From positions 16,017 to 80,016 of the forward strand of contig JBMFMB010000002.1 of NCBI GenBank assembly GCA_049970895.1: 64,000 nucleotides of DNA, written 5' to 3'. This document shows positions 41,422-52,089 of this stretch, one piece after another (within the stretch, counting starts at the first letter, position 1; each line of letters begins with the position of its first letter). The notes below the pieces were generated by a model. That model was given only the letters and a program-made list of their open reading frames with translations, searched no databases and had not been told where the DNA came from. The translations under genes were made by a program, and so were the position numbers. Source of the DNA: Candidatus Bathyarchaeia archaeon (GTDB lineage Archaea > Thermoproteota > Bathyarchaeia > Bathyarchaeales > Bathycorpusculaceae).

Positions 41422-41913
41422 GTGCCAAAATGGGGATACTCCATACCAGAAGAAGCATTAGACCCAGAAAAAACGGTTAAGGCAAGCGGGCGAGAGGTTA
41501 GGGTATCCCATAAATCCACCCGTGAAATATGCAACGCAATAAAGGGCATGATGCTTTCAGAAGCGAAAAAGTTTTTGAGAGATGTTATAGCCAAAAAGAG
41601 AGCTGTCCCATTTACAAGGTTTAAGAAGAAAGCTGCCCATCGTCGTGGGTTGGAAAAGGCTTATGCTGGCAGATACCCCGTAAAGGCGGCTAAACAAATC
41701 CTAAAAATTCTTGAAGGCGCTGAAGCTAACGCAGAGAATAAGGGATTAGACACTGAAAGGCTCAAAATAATTCATGCTTCGGCTTATCCTGGAATGAAGA
41801 TTAAACGTTACATGCCGAGGGCTTTTGGTAGAGCCACGCCAAAATTTGAAACCTTAACCCACATTGAACTAGCCCTAGAAGAGCAACCCGAAGCTGTCGC
41901 GGAGGAAGCCTAA
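41422..41913 (+). CDS. rpl22: 50S ribosomal protein L22
   Basis: GRYPVKAA, RYMPRAFGRA; GTG start at 41422. Confidence 0.96.
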   Translation: MPKWGYSIPEEALDPEKTVKASGREVRVSHKSTREICNAIKGMMLSEAKKFLRDVIAKKRAVPFTRFKKKAAHRRGLEKAYAGRYPVKAAKQILKILEGAEANAENKGLDTERLKIIHASAYPGMKIKRYMPRAFGRATPKFETLTHIELALEEQPEAVAEEA

Positions 41914-42608
41914 TGTCCGTCGTTAAACATTTTATTTCAAAGTCGAGGAAGAGGGCGGAAATCGACGAATTTCTGCAGAAAAAACTTGAGAAGGCCGGTT
42001 ATGGCGGGGTAAACATTTCAGAAACCCCCCTCGGAACCCACATAGTCATTTATGCTATGCGCCCAGGCCTTGTGATAGGAAGGAGCGGCGAAACCATAAG
42101 GGAACTCGCAAAAATACTGGAAGAGAAATTTAAGGTTCCGAACCCACAAATCTCAGTTTCAGAAATCGAGGTTCCAGAGCTAAACCCATACATTGTTGCC
42201 ACCCGCATAGCCTCAGCCCTAGAGAGAGGTGTGCACTTTAGACGCGCTGGTTTCTGGGCTTTAAACCAGGTTATGGAAGCTGGCGCCTTAGGAGCTGAGA
42301 TAATCATTAGTGGGAAATTACGAACTGAACGTGCCAGATATGAAAAGTTTAGAAGCGGCTACTTGCCAAAATGTGGAGACCCAGCCCTAAAGTATATGCG
42401 AAAAGCCGAAGTGCATGTCCAGCTTAAACCGGGCATTTACGGCGTAAAGGTTAGGATAATGCCACCAGACGCCAAGTTTCCAGATAAAATCCAAATAGTT
42501 GAGGCTCCACCGACAGAGGAAAAACACGAAGAGGCTTTAGAAGAGGTTCAAACAGAGGAGACCAAAGATGCAAGCGAGGAAGAAGGAGAGGAGGAGGCTG
42601 CCGAGTAA
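41913..42608 (+). CDS. rps3: 30S ribosomal protein S3
   Basis: RPGLVIGRSG KH motif, ISGKL, GIYGVKVRI. Confidence 0.97.
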   Translation: MSVVKHFISKSRKRAEIDEFLQKKLEKAGYGGVNISETPLGTHIVIYAMRPGLVIGRSGETIRELAKILEEKFKVPNPQISVSEIEVPELNPYIVATRIASALERGVHFRRAGFWALNQVMEAGALGAEIIISGKLRTERARYEKFRSGYLPKCGDPALKYMRKAEVHVQLKPGIYGVKVRIMPPDAKFPDKIQIVEAPPTEEKHEEALEEVQTEETKDASEEEGEEEAAE

Positions 42609-42848
42609 ATGCCAATAATTAGGGTTAAGGAAATAAGGGAAATGTCCCCGGAAGAACGCCTTAAAAAGCTTAACGAGTTTAAAACAGAGCTTCTTAGGCT
42701 TAAAACTATGGTTAAGGCTGGTGGTACGGTAGAAAATCCTGCAAGGATAAAGGAGCTGCGAAGGGCAATTGCTAGAATATTGACCATAGAAAATGAGCAA
42801 AAACTTGAAGCTAAAAAGGCAGAGGGCAAGGAGAAGAGAGACAAATGA
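42609..42848 (+). CDS. rpl29: 50S ribosomal protein L29
   Basis: ENPARIKELRRAIARILT. Confidence 0.95.
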   Translation: MPIIRVKEIREMSPEERLKKLNEFKTELLRLKTMVKAGGTVENPARIKELRRAIARILTIENEQKLEAKKAEGKEKRDK

Positions 42849-43126
42849 AGGTGACGCCAGACGTAATCCGCTACGAGTTCATCGGAACCGAGGCGAAAGT
42901 TGCTCGAAGCACTCACTGCGGCTACGTTGGGTTACGTGGCAAAATAATTGACGAGACACGAAACACTTTCACCATGCTCCATGATGGTAAAAGGAAAATT
43001 GTTGTGAAAGATTCTTCTGTTTTCCATTTCAAGTTCCCCGACGGAACTGTTGTTGAAATTGATGGTAAGCTTCTTGTTGGAAGACCTGAAGACCGACTTA
43101 AAAAGCGTGTTAGGAGGCTTTGGTGA
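42845..43126 (+). CDS. rnp1: Ribonuclease P protein component 1 (Rpp29)
   Basis: EFIG, GKIIDETRNT, GRPEDR; canonical position in the cluster. Confidence 0.92.
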   Translation: MKVTPDVIRYEFIGTEAKVARSTHCGYVGLRGKIIDETRNTFTMLHDGKRKIVVKDSSVFHFKFPDGTVVEIDGKLLVGRPEDRLKKRVRRLW

Positions 43127-43446
43127 TGGCACTAACCTTTAAAAAGCCTAAGAAAACATGCAATGACCGCAACTGCCCATTCCATGGGAATCTTCCAATA
43201 AGAGGCCGAATATTAGAGGGTGTGGTTGTAAGCGCCAAAATGGATAAAACCGTCATAGTGCGCCACGACTATTTGAAATACGTTCCAAAATTCATGAGGT
43301 ATGAAAGGCGCCGCAGCCGCATTCCATCCCATAACCCGCCATGTATAGACGCAAAAGAGGGCGACCGTGTCGTAATAGCTGAATGCCGACCAATAAGCAA
43401 GACAGTCTCCTTCGTAGTGGTGGAGAAGAAGGAGGAGGCGAAGTAG
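43126..43446 (+). CDS. rps17: 30S ribosomal protein S17
   Basis: [21 protein letters not shown]. Confidence 0.97.
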   Translation: MALTFKKPKKTCNDRNCPFHGNLPIRGRILEGVVVSAKMDKTVIVRHDYLKYVPKFMRYERRRSRIPSHNPPCIDAKEGDRVVIAECRPISKTVSFVVVEKKEEAK

Positions 43447-43447
43447 A

Positions 43448-43888
43448 ATGGCGGCAAAAGCGAAAACAAGGGGTCTAGTTGCTAAAGGGGTGATTGGTCA
43501 GAGACCAAAAATCTCCAGGGGTTTGCCAGCCGGCTCTATCCTGAAATGTGCCGACAACACTGGAGCCCGAGAGCTGCGCCTAATACAGGTTATGGGTTAT
43601 AAGGGTAGGCTTAGGCGTGTGCCCTCCGCGGCTGTCGGCGACCGCATAACAGTCTCTGTTAAGCATGGCACACCGGACATGAGGAAGAAAATTTTCCAAG
43701 CGGTTGTTGTCAGGCAGAGAATGCCCTTCAGAAGGGCTGACGGCGTCTGGGTTCAATTTGAAGACAATGCCGCGGTAATAATAACTCCGGAGGGCGAGAT
43801 GAAAGGCTCTGAAATCCGCGGACCGGTGGCGAAGGAGGCGGCTGAAAGGTGGCCCAGAATAGCAAGTGCCGCCAGCATCATAATATAA
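43448..43888 (+). CDS. rpl14: 50S ribosomal protein L14
   Basis: [21 protein letters not shown]. Confidence 0.97.
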   Translation: MAAKAKTRGLVAKGVIGQRPKISRGLPAGSILKCADNTGARELRLIQVMGYKGRLRRVPSAAVGDRITVSVKHGTPDMRKKIFQAVVVRQRMPFRRADGVWVQFEDNAAVIITPEGEMKGSEIRGPVAKEAAERWPRIASAASIII

Positions 43889-43902
43889 TGTGGTGAAGTT
43901 AT

Positions 43903-44526
43903 ATGCAGACAATAGCCCAAACATCAAAACCTTCAAAACAAAGGAAAATGCTCTTCCAAGCCCCAGACCACATACGCTATAAGCATTTCGCCGCACCATT
44001 GGCACCAGAGCTTAGAAAATCTTATGGAACTAGAAGTCTTCCTGTAAGGAGTGGCGACACGGTTCGCGTTTTAAAGGGAGACCACAAAGGGTTTGAGGGA
44101 AAAGTTGCCCGCGTTGATAGGAAAAAGTTTAGAATTTATGTTGAAGGCTTAACCCGTGAGAAGGTTGACGGCTCAACAGTTTTTGTTCCAATCCATCCGT
44201 CAAAGGTTATGATAACAAAGCTTAACCTTGACGACAAGTGGCGAAAGAAAATTCTGGAAAGGCGCAAGAAAGCCAAAGAAGCCATAGAAAAAGTTGTGGA
44301 AAAACCGCCAGAAGAAGTAAAAGTTGTTGAAGAAAAACCAGTCGAGGAGAAGCCTTCAGTCATAGAAGAGCTACCACCGCCAGAAGAGAAAAAGCCAGCG
44401 GGGAGGAAAAGAGCCGCGAAGAAGCCTAAGGAAAAAGTTGCAGAAAAAGCGGAGGAAAAGGCGCCAGAGAAAAAGAAAAGGACTGGAGGAAAGCGCAAGA
44501 AAACGGAGGAATCCAAGCTTGGGTAG
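43903..44526 (+). CDS. rpl24: 50S ribosomal protein L24 with long charged C-terminal tail
   Basis: KPSKQRK, GDTVRVLKG, PIHPSKV, then roughly 85 aa rich in K/E/P. Confidence 0.95.
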   Translation: MQTIAQTSKPSKQRKMLFQAPDHIRYKHFAAPLAPELRKSYGTRSLPVRSGDTVRVLKGDHKGFEGKVARVDRKKFRIYVEGLTREKVDGSTVFVPIHPSKVMITKLNLDDKWRKKILERRKKAKEAIEKVVEKPPEEVKVVEEKPVEEKPSVIEELPPPEEKKPAGRKRAAKKPKEKVAEKAEEKAPEKKKRTGGKRKKTEESKLG

Positions 44527-45277
44527 GAAAGGCGGCTCAACAACCCTAAAACGGAAGCCTGCGCCTAGAATTTGGCCAATACATAGGAAAGAGTATGTTT
44601 GGGTTGTGAAGCCTACTCCTGGCCCCCACTCTTTGGAAAGTTGTCTGCCCATAACCTTGCTTTTGCGTGACATTTTGGGTGTTGCAAAAACAAGGAAGGA
44701 AGCAAAAATAATAACTGCTCAGGGAAAGGTTTACGTTGATGGAAAAGTCAGATGGGACGACAAGTTTCCAACGGGACTTATGGATGTGGTTTCGCTTCCC
44801 GATTTGGATAAACATTTCCGCATATTACCATCCAATAAGGGTTTAATTCTCCATCCCATAAGCAAGGAGGAAGCCAGCTTCAAGCTTTGCAGAATAGAGA
44901 ACAAAACCATAGTAAAGAATGGGCATATACAACTGAATCTCCACGACGGTTCGAACGTGCTTGTTAAAGTTGCCGACCCAAAGAACCCTCAAGAGGATGT
45001 TTACAGCACCTTTGACACCGTTAAAATCAGTCTTCCCGATAGGCAAATTCTCGGGCACATTAAGATGAAAGAGAACGACTATGTAATAATCACTGGTGGG
45101 AAAAACGTAGGAAAGCACGGCAGAATTGTTGAAATCGAGAAGGTTAAGGGTAAAAAGCGCAAAGACGCCATAGTAACAGTGGAGGACGAGAAGGGCAACC
45201 GTTACCAGACAATTATGGATTTCGTTTTTGCCGTGGGCGAGGAAAAACCGCTGATATCTTTGCCGGAGGCTTCATAG
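44519..45277 (+). CDS. rps4e: 30S ribosomal protein S4e
   Basis: LKRKPAPRIWPI, PGPH, GLMDVV, QLNLHDG; TTG start after GGAGG. Confidence 0.96.
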   Translation: MGRKGGSTTLKRKPAPRIWPIHRKEYVWVVKPTPGPHSLESCLPITLLLRDILGVAKTRKEAKIITAQGKVYVDGKVRWDDKFPTGLMDVVSLPDLDKHFRILPSNKGLILHPISKEEASFKLCRIENKTIVKNGHIQLNLHDGSNVLVKVADPKNPQEDVYSTFDTVKISLPDRQILGHIKMKENDYVIITGGKNVGKHGRIVEIEKVKGKKRKDAIVTVEDEKGNRYQTIMDFVFAVGEEKPLISLPEAS

Positions 45278-45278
45278 G

Positions 45279-45818
45279 ATGTCTGAGGATGAAATTAGAA
45301 AGAAGTGGGAGGAAAATCCGATGCTAAAACCAAGGATAGAAAAGGTTGTCGTTAACATAAGCGTTGGAAAGTCAGGCGAGCCTCTTGAAAAGGCTGCAAA
45401 GGTGCTGAAGGATTTGACTGGGCAAACGCCTTGCAAGCGGAAGGCAAAGAAAACCATTAGAGATTTCGGAATAAGAAGAGGTGAACCGATGGCTTGTATT
45501 GTCACTCTTAGAAAGCAGAAAGCCATAGAATTCCTAAAGAAAGTCTTACATGTGGTTGATTATAAGATTCCGAAAAGCTGTTTTGATAGGTTTGGTAACT
45601 TCGCATTTGGAATAAAGGAGCATATTGAAATCCCAGGGGTCAAATATGACCCTGAAATAGGGATTTTCGGCATGGACGTATGTGTGTCCCTGAGCAGACC
45701 AGGGTGGCGTGTTAAAAACAGGCGGAGGGGCAAGGCAAAGATAGGTTCAAGTCATCTTTTAACGCCCGAGGAGGCTATGGTTTTTGTTAAAGACACTTTG
45801 GGGGTTGAAATAGTTTAA
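45279..45818 (+). CDS. rpl5: 50S ribosomal protein L5
   Basis: [24 protein letters not shown]. Confidence 0.97.
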   Translation: MSEDEIRKKWEENPMLKPRIEKVVVNISVGKSGEPLEKAAKVLKDLTGQTPCKRKAKKTIRDFGIRRGEPMACIVTLRKQKAIEFLKKVLHVVDYKIPKSCFDRFGNFAFGIKEHIEIPGVKYDPEIGIFGMDVCVSLSRPGWRVKNRRRGKAKIGSSHLLTPEEAMVFVKDTLGVEIV

Positions 45819-45841
45819 TCAGCTGTTTAGAGGGAGAATTT

Positions 45842-46006
45842 ATGGGTAAAAAGAAGCCTAAAAAGGAAAGAAAATATGGCAAGGGTGCCAGACCATGCGT
45901 AAGATGCGGCTCATATGGCCCCATTATACGGCGTTATAATTTATATTTGTGTAGGCATTGTTTTAGGGAAGTAGCCAAAAAGCTTGGTTTCCAAAAATAT
46001 GAGTGA
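45842..46006 (+). CDS. rps14: 30S ribosomal protein S14
   Basis: Not in the ORF track. [54 protein letters not shown]. Confidence 0.96.
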   Translation: MGKKKPKKERKYGKGARPCVRCGSYGPIIRRYNLYLCRHCFREVAKKLGFQKYE

Positions 46007-46016
46007 TGAGGAAAGC

Positions 46017-46403
46017 ATGATGGATGTGCTGTCAAATGGCCTAACAACAATATTAAACAATGAGATGCGCAACAAACGTGAATGTGTGATTAGCCCAGCC
46101 TCTAAACTTTTGGGCAAAGTTTTGAGGGTTATGCAGTTAAACGGCTACATTGGCGAATTCGAATTTATAGATGATGGACGCTCTGGAAAGTTCAAAGTTC
46201 AGCTTTTGGGCAGAATAAATAAGTGTGGCGCCATAAGGCCACGGTTCGCTGTTAAGGTTAACGAAATTGAGGATTGGGAGAAGAAGTTTCTGCCATCAAG
46301 AGAAGTGGGGCTACTAATAATCTCAACTTCAAAGGGTGTACTGTCTCACAGAGAGGCCAAGGAAAAAGGCATCGGAGGCAGACTCTTAGCCTACGTCTAT
46401 TAA
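46017..46403 (+). CDS. rps8: 30S ribosomal protein S8
   Basis: [29 protein letters not shown]. Confidence 0.97.
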   Translation: MMDVLSNGLTTILNNEMRNKRECVISPASKLLGKVLRVMQLNGYIGEFEFIDDGRSGKFKVQLLGRINKCGAIRPRFAVKVNEIEDWEKKFLPSREVGLLIISTSKGVLSHREAKEKGIGGRLLAYVY

Positions 46404-46416
46404 GGGGGATTTGCAG

Positions 46417-46965
46417 ATGCGGGCTGTTGAAGTCTCAAAGGTTGTTCAAATTCCAGATGATGTGGAATTAACCCTCGAAGGCAAAAAAGTGACTGTTAAA
46501 GGCGCAAAGGGAACTTTAACAAGAGACTTCTCCTACGCCCCAGTTTCAATGGAGTTGAAGGGTAAAAGCCTCCGCATTTGGGCTAATTGGCCTCGCAAAA
46601 AAGAGAGCGCCTTAGTCGGCACAATTTATGCCCACATTAACAATATGATTACCGGAGTTAGGAAAGGCTTCACGTATAAGCTGAAGATAGTTTTCTCCCA
46701 CTTCCCAATTTCAGTTAAGGTTCAAGATGGAATGGTGCTTATTGAAAACTTTACCGGTGAAAGAAACCCGAGGAAGGCAAAAATTGTCGGTGACGCCAAA
46801 GTGAAGGTTGTCGGTGACGACGTAATAGTTCAAGGAATAAACCTTGAAGATGTAAGCCAAACAGCCGCCAACATAGAGCAAGCCACAAAAGTGCGGAGGA
46901 GAGACCCCCGCGTCTTCTTGGACGGCATATACCTATACGAGAAAAGCGAGGGAATGGAGGCATGA
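46417..46965 (+). CDS. rpl6: 50S ribosomal protein L6
   Basis: [21 protein letters not shown]. Confidence 0.97.
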   Translation: MRAVEVSKVVQIPDDVELTLEGKKVTVKGAKGTLTRDFSYAPVSMELKGKSLRIWANWPRKKESALVGTIYAHINNMITGVRKGFTYKLKIVFSHFPISVKVQDGMVLIENFTGERNPRKAKIVGDAKVKVVGDDVIVQGINLEDVSQTAANIEQATKVRRRDPRVFLDGIYLYEKSEGMEA

Positions 46966-47528
46966 AAGAACAAAACCCAGCTGTTGTGGAAAAAGCCTTA
47001 AGGATAAGGGCTAAACTCAAAAAGAAAAAGCCTGACTTTGTACGGCAGGAAAGCTGGCGTTACGACCGGTTAAAGGAGAACTGGCGAAGGCCAAAGGGCA
47101 TAGACAACAAAATGAGGAGAAAAATTAAGGGCTGGCCCCAAACAGTAAACGTTGGATATAGGGGACCGAAAGCCGCTAGAGGGCTTCATCCATCCGGCTG
47201 TGAAGAGGTTTTAGTGCATAATGTTGACGAACTTAAGAAGGTGAACCCAAAAACCCAGGCTGTGCGAATCGCCCACACCGTTGGCAGAAGGACTAGACTG
47301 CAAATTCTTGCAGAGGCTAGAAAGAAGAAAATAACAGTATTAAATGTGGGAGTTAAGGAAGAAGAAAAGAGAGAAGAAGCGGAAAAAGCTGAGGCTGAAG
47401 AAAAGGAAAAGGCTGAAAAAGAGGCCTGGAAGGAAAAAGCTGAGGAAGAAAAGCCGATTGAGGAAGAGAAACCGAAGCCTAAGCGTAAGAGGGCGAAGAA
47501 AAGCGAGGGAGGGGAAAGAGAAAAGTGA
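46962..47528 (+). CDS. rpl32e: 50S ribosomal protein L32e with K/E-rich tail
   Basis: [24 protein letters not shown], then roughly 60 aa rich in K/E. Confidence 0.95.
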   Translation: MKEQNPAVVEKALRIRAKLKKKKPDFVRQESWRYDRLKENWRRPKGIDNKMRRKIKGWPQTVNVGYRGPKAARGLHPSGCEEVLVHNVDELKKVNPKTQAVRIAHTVGRRTRLQILAEARKKKITVLNVGVKEEEKREEAEKAEAEEKEKAEKEAWKEKAEEEKPIEEEKPKPKRKRAKKSEGGEREK

Positions 47529-47980
47529 CAAGTCTGAAAAGCCAAAGACGGCTAGCAGCCCAAATATTGAAGGTTGGTCAAGATAGGGTTTGGATAGACC
47601 CTAATAGGATAGAGGATGTTGAAGCCGCCATAACCCGTGAGGAGATTAGGAAGCTTATCCACGAGGGTGTGATTAAGCCTTTAAAGGAGAAAGGTGTCAG
47701 CCGGGCAAGGGCAAGAATTGTTCACCAAAAGAGGAAAAAGGGTTTAAGGCGGGGACGAGGAAGCAAAAGCGGCGCGGTTCGGGCGAAAATTTCTAAAAAG
47801 GAGGTTTGGATGAACAAGGTTCGGGCATTGAGGAAGAGGCTTCGCGAGTTAAAGGCTAACAAAATAATCACTGAAAGCACCTATAGAAAGCTCTACACAA
47901 TGGTTAAAAGTGGAAGGTTCACGTCTGTCACCGACATGGAAAGGTTCTTAAAAGCTCATGACCTCTGGAGGAAACGCTGA
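47525..47980 (+). CDS. rpl19e: 50S ribosomal protein L19e
   Basis: [27 protein letters not shown]. Confidence 0.97.
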   Translation: MTSLKSQRRLAAQILKVGQDRVWIDPNRIEDVEAAITREEIRKLIHEGVIKPLKEKGVSRARARIVHQKRKKGLRRGRGSKSGAVRAKISKKEVWMNKVRALRKRLRELKANKIITESTYRKLYTMVKSGRFTSVTDMERFLKAHDLWRKR

Positions 47981-48597
47981 TGGCTAAGGGTTCCAGTTAT
48001 AGCGTGCCATATCGCCGAAGAAGAGAAGGGAAAACAGATTATCGGAAAAGAAAAGCCCTAATTCTCTCTAGAAAGCCGAGGCTTGTGGTTCGCGGCTCGC
48101 TCAAAAATATTATTGTCCAGATAATTGCTGCCAAGCCCCACGGCGACGAGGTTTTAGTTTCAGCCCACAGTAGAGAACTCCTTAAAAATTATGGTTGGAA
48201 AGCTCCTAGGGGAAACCTCCCAGCAGCCTATTTAACAGGACTTTTATGCGGACTGAAAGCTAAAGCGAAGGGGATTAAAGAGGCGGTTTTAGACATTGGA
48301 CTGCACTCTCCAACAAAGGGTGCAAGGGTTTTCGCAGCCCTTAAAGGGGTTTTAGATGCTGGTTTAAATGTTCCGCATGGAGAGGAAAAACTGCCAGACG
48401 AAAAAAGAATTCAAGGTGTTCACATAGCCCAGTGTGCAAAGATGCTTTCTGCAAGCACTGAGAGGTATATGGCGGCGTTTTCAAAATATCTTGAGAATAA
48501 AATTCCTCCAGAAAGCCTTCCAGAACACTTTGCGGAGGTTAAGAAGGCTATAATTGCCGCATTTAAGAGTGGAGGTAAAAGCCATGGCGGTGGATAG
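47980..48597 (+). CDS. rpl18: 50S ribosomal protein L18
   Basis: [26 protein letters not shown]. Confidence 0.97.
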   Translation: MAKGSSYSVPYRRRREGKTDYRKRKALILSRKPRLVVRGSLKNIIVQIIAAKPHGDEVLVSAHSRELLKNYGWKAPRGNLPAAYLTGLLCGLKAKAKGIKEAVLDIGLHSPTKGARVFAALKGVLDAGLNVPHGEEKLPDEKRIQGVHIAQCAKMLSASTERYMAAFSKYLENKIPPESLPEHFAEVKKAIIAAFKSGGKSHGGG

Positions 48598-49219
48598 GGC
48601 TAAAAGTTTAGAGGAATGGGTTCCCAAAACCCGTCTTGGAAAACTGATTCATGAGGGTAAGATAACCTCTATTGAAGAGGTTTTTATGGAAGGCTTACCC
48701 ATCCGTGAACCTCAAATTGTTGACGCTTTACTTCCAGACCTCCAAGAAGAAGTTATAAACATAAACCTGGTGCAAAAGCAGACTGACGCCGGTGAAAAGT
48801 CAAGGTTTAAGGCGATAGTTGCCGTTGGAAACCGTGACGGCTACATTGGGCTTGGGGCTGGAAAGGCTAGCCAGGTGCGAACAGCCATAGAAAAGGCGGC
48901 TGCAGACGCCAGACTAAACCTTGTTCCGATAAGGCGGGGTTGCGGAAGCTGGGAATGCGGTTGTGGAAAACCCCATTCTGTTCCGTTCCAAGTTGAGGGC
49001 AAGTGCGGCGGCGTAAGAGTTGTTGTAATCCCCGGACCAAGAGGCTTAGGGTTGGTTGCCAGTGAAGTTGCAAAGGTAATTCTTGGACTTGCGGGGATAA
49101 AGGATTGTTGGACAAGGAGTTATGGCTCAACGAGAACAGTTCCGTCTTTTGCATATGCGGTTTTTGACGCTTTGAAGAAGACTTACAGCCTAATAACGCC
49201 GATGGATTGGGTGAGATAG
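48584..49219 (+). CDS. rps5: 30S ribosomal protein S5
   Basis: [28 protein letters not shown]. Confidence 0.97.
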   Translation: MAVDRAKSLEEWVPKTRLGKLIHEGKITSIEEVFMEGLPIREPQIVDALLPDLQEEVININLVQKQTDAGEKSRFKAIVAVGNRDGYIGLGAGKASQVRTAIEKAAADARLNLVPIRRGCGSWECGCGKPHSVPFQVEGKCGGVRVVVIPGPRGLGLVASEVAKVILGLAGIKDCWTRSYGSTRTVPSFAYAVFDALKKTYSLITPMDWVR

Positions 49220-49708
49220 TTGCCAGAAGAAACAGAAAGCCGCAAATGTATAGTGGCGGTACGTGTTCGTGGAATTATAAGTGCGCCACTGCAAGTTAGG
49301 GAAACCTTGAAAATGTTAAACTTGAAAAGGAACAATTATGCAGTTTTAATTGATAATAGACCTTCTTTCCTTGGAATGTTAAAAACAGCGCAAAGCTTTG
49401 TTACATGGGGTGAAATTTCAAAGGAAACCTTGACGGCGTTGCTGAAGGAGAGGGGAAGACTCGTTGGGAACAAGAGATTGACGGATGATTATGCCAAGAA
49501 GCTTGGTTACGCCTCTTTAGAAGAGCTTGCAGAGGCAATATACAACTGCAAAGTTGAATATTGGAAACTTCCAAACATCCAGCCATATTTTAGGCTGCAC
49601 CCGCCAACTAAAGGTTTTAGGGGCAAGATAAAGAAGGGTTACGGGATGGGCGGCGAACTTGGATACCGCGGCGAAAAAATTAACGAACTTTTGGAGAGAA
49701 TGATTTAA
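49220..49708 (+). CDS. rpl30: 50S ribosomal protein L30
   Basis: VRVRG, TWGEI, FRLHPP, GELGYRG. Confidence 0.96.
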   Translation: MPEETESRKCIVAVRVRGIISAPLQVRETLKMLNLKRNNYAVLIDNRPSFLGMLKTAQSFVTWGEISKETLTALLKERGRLVGNKRLTDDYAKKLGYASLEELAEAIYNCKVEYWKLPNIQPYFRLHPPTKGFRGKIKKGYGMGGELGYRGEKINELLERMI

Positions 49709-49785
49709 AAGCTCTTCTATTTTGTGGCGATACCTTTTATAGTTGGTTTTTGAATGCGTTTGTGTTAAGGGGAGGAGAAGCCAGC

Positions 49786-50226
49786 GTGAGATGGCGAAGG
49801 AGTGAGAAACGCCCAAAATGGTTCAGAACAGCAAAAAGACCAAGCAGAACTGAGGATAAAATTTTAAGGTTTGAAAATTTGAGGTTTAAGGGGCGAAGCC
49901 CACGTAAGTATAAAAGTTTGAAATCTTTCAAGGTTAAAAATTGGAAGGAACCCGAGCCTTTGGTGGATGTTTTTAGAGAAAAGGATAGAATTGTTGTTGT
50001 CGCGGAGCTTAAGGGCTTTAAGAGGGAAAACATAAAGGTTCAAGCTGAAAAACAGCGGCTAACTTTGGTGGCAAAGGCTCAGGGACGCAGGTACTATAAA
50101 AGTTTAAATCTTCCAGACGCTGTGATTCCAGAAGCAACCCGCATAACATATAAGAATGGAGTCCTCGAAATAGAGTTAAAGAAAGCCCTTGAAGAAGAAA
50201 AACCATTAAACAAGGTTGCTGATTAA
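49786..50226 (+). CDS. Hsp20/alpha-crystallin-domain protein inserted in the spc cluster
   Basis: EPLVDVF, VAELKG, YYKSLNLP, YKNGVLEI; basic N-terminus; GTG start after GGAGG (TTG at 49750 also possible). Confidence 0.85.
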   Translation: MRWRRSEKRPKWFRTAKRPSRTEDKILRFENLRFKGRSPRKYKSLKSFKVKNWKEPEPLVDVFREKDRIVVVAELKGFKRENIKVQAEKQRLTLVAKAQGRRYYKSLNLPDAVIPEATRITYKNGVLEIELKKALEEEKPLNKVAD

Positions 50227-50228
50227 GG

Positions 50229-50666
50229 ATGCCCCATAAGCTTAGGAAAATCCGCAAAAAACGCGGCACACGGACATGTGGCTACGGCAGAGTAGGACAA
50301 CACAGAAAGTCAGGTTCAAAAGGCTATCGAAAGGCTGGACGCCACAAGCACGGATGGACATACGTAATAAAATACGAGCCAGACTATTTCGGGAAAAATG
50401 GTTTCACATCACCCAAAAGCTTGAGGCGAGAAGTTAAGGTCATAAATGTTGGAGAGCTTGAAGAAATAGCCGAAAAATACGGAAAAACTGAAGACGGGAA
50501 GATTCTAATAGACTTGGAAGGTTTAGGCTACACGAAGCTTCTAGGCTCTGGAAAAGTAACAAAGCCCATTATTGTTAAAGTTTCATCATGTTCGAAATCA
50601 GCGGTTGAAAAAATAGAGGAGGCTGGCGGGAAAGTCTTAATGGAATCTCAACGAGTTGAGGAGTAG
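50229..50666 (+). CDS. rpl15: 50S ribosomal protein L15
   Basis: RGTRTCGYG, FGKNGF, KLLGSG, KIEEAGG. Confidence 0.97.
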   Translation: MPHKLRKIRKKRGTRTCGYGRVGQHRKSGSKGYRKAGRHKHGWTYVIKYEPDYFGKNGFTSPKSLRREVKVINVGELEEIAEKYGKTEDGKILIDLEGLGYTKLLGSGKVTKPIIVKVSSCSKSAVEKIEEAGGKVLMESQRVEE

Positions 50667-50676
50667 CTGTTAGCCC

Positions 50677-52089
50677 ATGGCTGGAAGATTCCTAAACCTA
50701 TTCAAACCCATTGCGCGGTTCATCCCAGAGGTAAAAGCTCCAGAACGCAGGGTAAGCTTTAATGAAAAACTCTTCTGGACAGCCATCGCCTTGATAATAT
50801 ATTTGGTAATGTCTAGCAACGCTTGCCGCCTATATGGAATTCCCAGCACTGTGGAGGAAAGGTTTGCACCTCTAAGGATAATTTTTGCGTCGAACAGAGG
50901 GACCCTCATGGAACTGGGCATAGGACCCATAGTTACCGCCGGGCTTATTTTGCAGCTTCTGGTCGGTTCTGCCATGATAGAATGTGACATGTCGAAGCCT
51001 GAAGATAGAGCCTTATTTACGACAGCAAGCAAAGTTTTAGCGGTAATTCTCACGGGAGTGCAAGCTTCAGCCTACATAATAAGCGGAATGTACGGCAACC
51101 TGCCAGGCACAACAGCAATAATAGTTTTCCTGCAACTTGTAGCTGCCGGATTTATAGTCCTACTCTTAGACGAGCTTGTCCAAAAAGGTTGGGGTTTTGG
51201 CAGCGGAATAAGCCTCTTCATAATGGCAGGTGTTGCACAGCAAATATTCTTACAATGCTTTGATACGGCTGGAGCTGTTGACCAATACTATATGCATGGA
51301 ATTTTTCCAGCATTGGCAAGCGCAATTATCAATGGAAAACCGCTCACGGGGTTATGGTTAAGGGGCAATCTTCCATCCTTAACAGGGCTTATGGCAACAA
51401 TAGCTGCCTTTCTTGCGATAATCTACATGGAAGGCGTTAGAGTGGAGCTGCCACTTTCCTATGCAGGCTATCGTGGCTTTAGAAGCCGATACCCAATAAA
51501 ACTATTATACGTTTCAAACCTTCCAGTAATTTTTGCGTCAGCACTTTTCGCCAACATATACTTCTTCTCATACCTCCTCTGGAATTGGGATAGAAATAAT
51601 CCATGGATTCGACTTTTAGGATGGTATAAGCTAGAGGGACAGCAGTATGTACCTGCTGGAGGTCTAGTTTATTTTGTAACTTCACCGGGCAACCTTACAA
51701 ACGTTATTAATGAGCCACTAAGAGCCTTTGGATATTTGGCAATTCTCATAATCTTCTGTGTAATTTTCTCGCTCACTTGGCTTGAGGTTGGTGGTTTAGG
51801 GCCATCAACAGTCGCGAAGCAGCTTGTGGATGCCGGCATGCAGATTCCGGGTTATAGGCGTTCAGGAAAGGCTGTTGAGCAGATTCTTAAACGCTACATT
51901 CCCGCAGTCACTGTGTTAGGCGGAATAATTGTGGGACTGATTGCAGGCTTGTCAGATTTCTTCGGAGTTTACGGCTCAGGCATAGGGATTTTGCTTTCCG
52001 TAGGCATAATCTACCAGTATTACGAGATTTTGGTGCAGGAGAGGGCTGCTGAAATGTATCCAGCCTTTAGAAGAATATTTGGAGAGTGA
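50677..52089 (+). CDS. secY: Preprotein translocase SecY
   Basis: ELGIGPIVTA, GSGISLFI, YPIKLLYVSNLP, IPGYR. Confidence 0.98.
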   Translation: MAGRFLNLFKPIARFIPEVKAPERRVSFNEKLFWTAIALIIYLVMSSNACRLYGIPSTVEERFAPLRIIFASNRGTLMELGIGPIVTAGLILQLLVGSAMIECDMSKPEDRALFTTASKVLAVILTGVQASAYIISGMYGNLPGTTAIIVFLQLVAAGFIVLLLDELVQKGWGFGSGISLFIMAGVAQQIFLQCFDTAGAVDQYYMHGIFPALASAIINGKPLTGLWLRGNLPSLTGLMATIAAFLAIIYMEGVRVELPLSYAGYRGFRSRYPIKLLYVSNLPVIFASALFANIYFFSYLLWNWDRNNPWIRLLGWYKLEGQQYVPAGGLVYFVTSPGNLTNVINEPLRAFGYLAILIIFCVIFSLTWLEVGGLGPSTVAKQLVDAGMQIPGYRRSGKAVEQILKRYIPAVTVLGGIIVGLIAGLSDFFGVYGSGIGILLSVGIIYQYYEILVQERAAEMYPAFRRIFGE

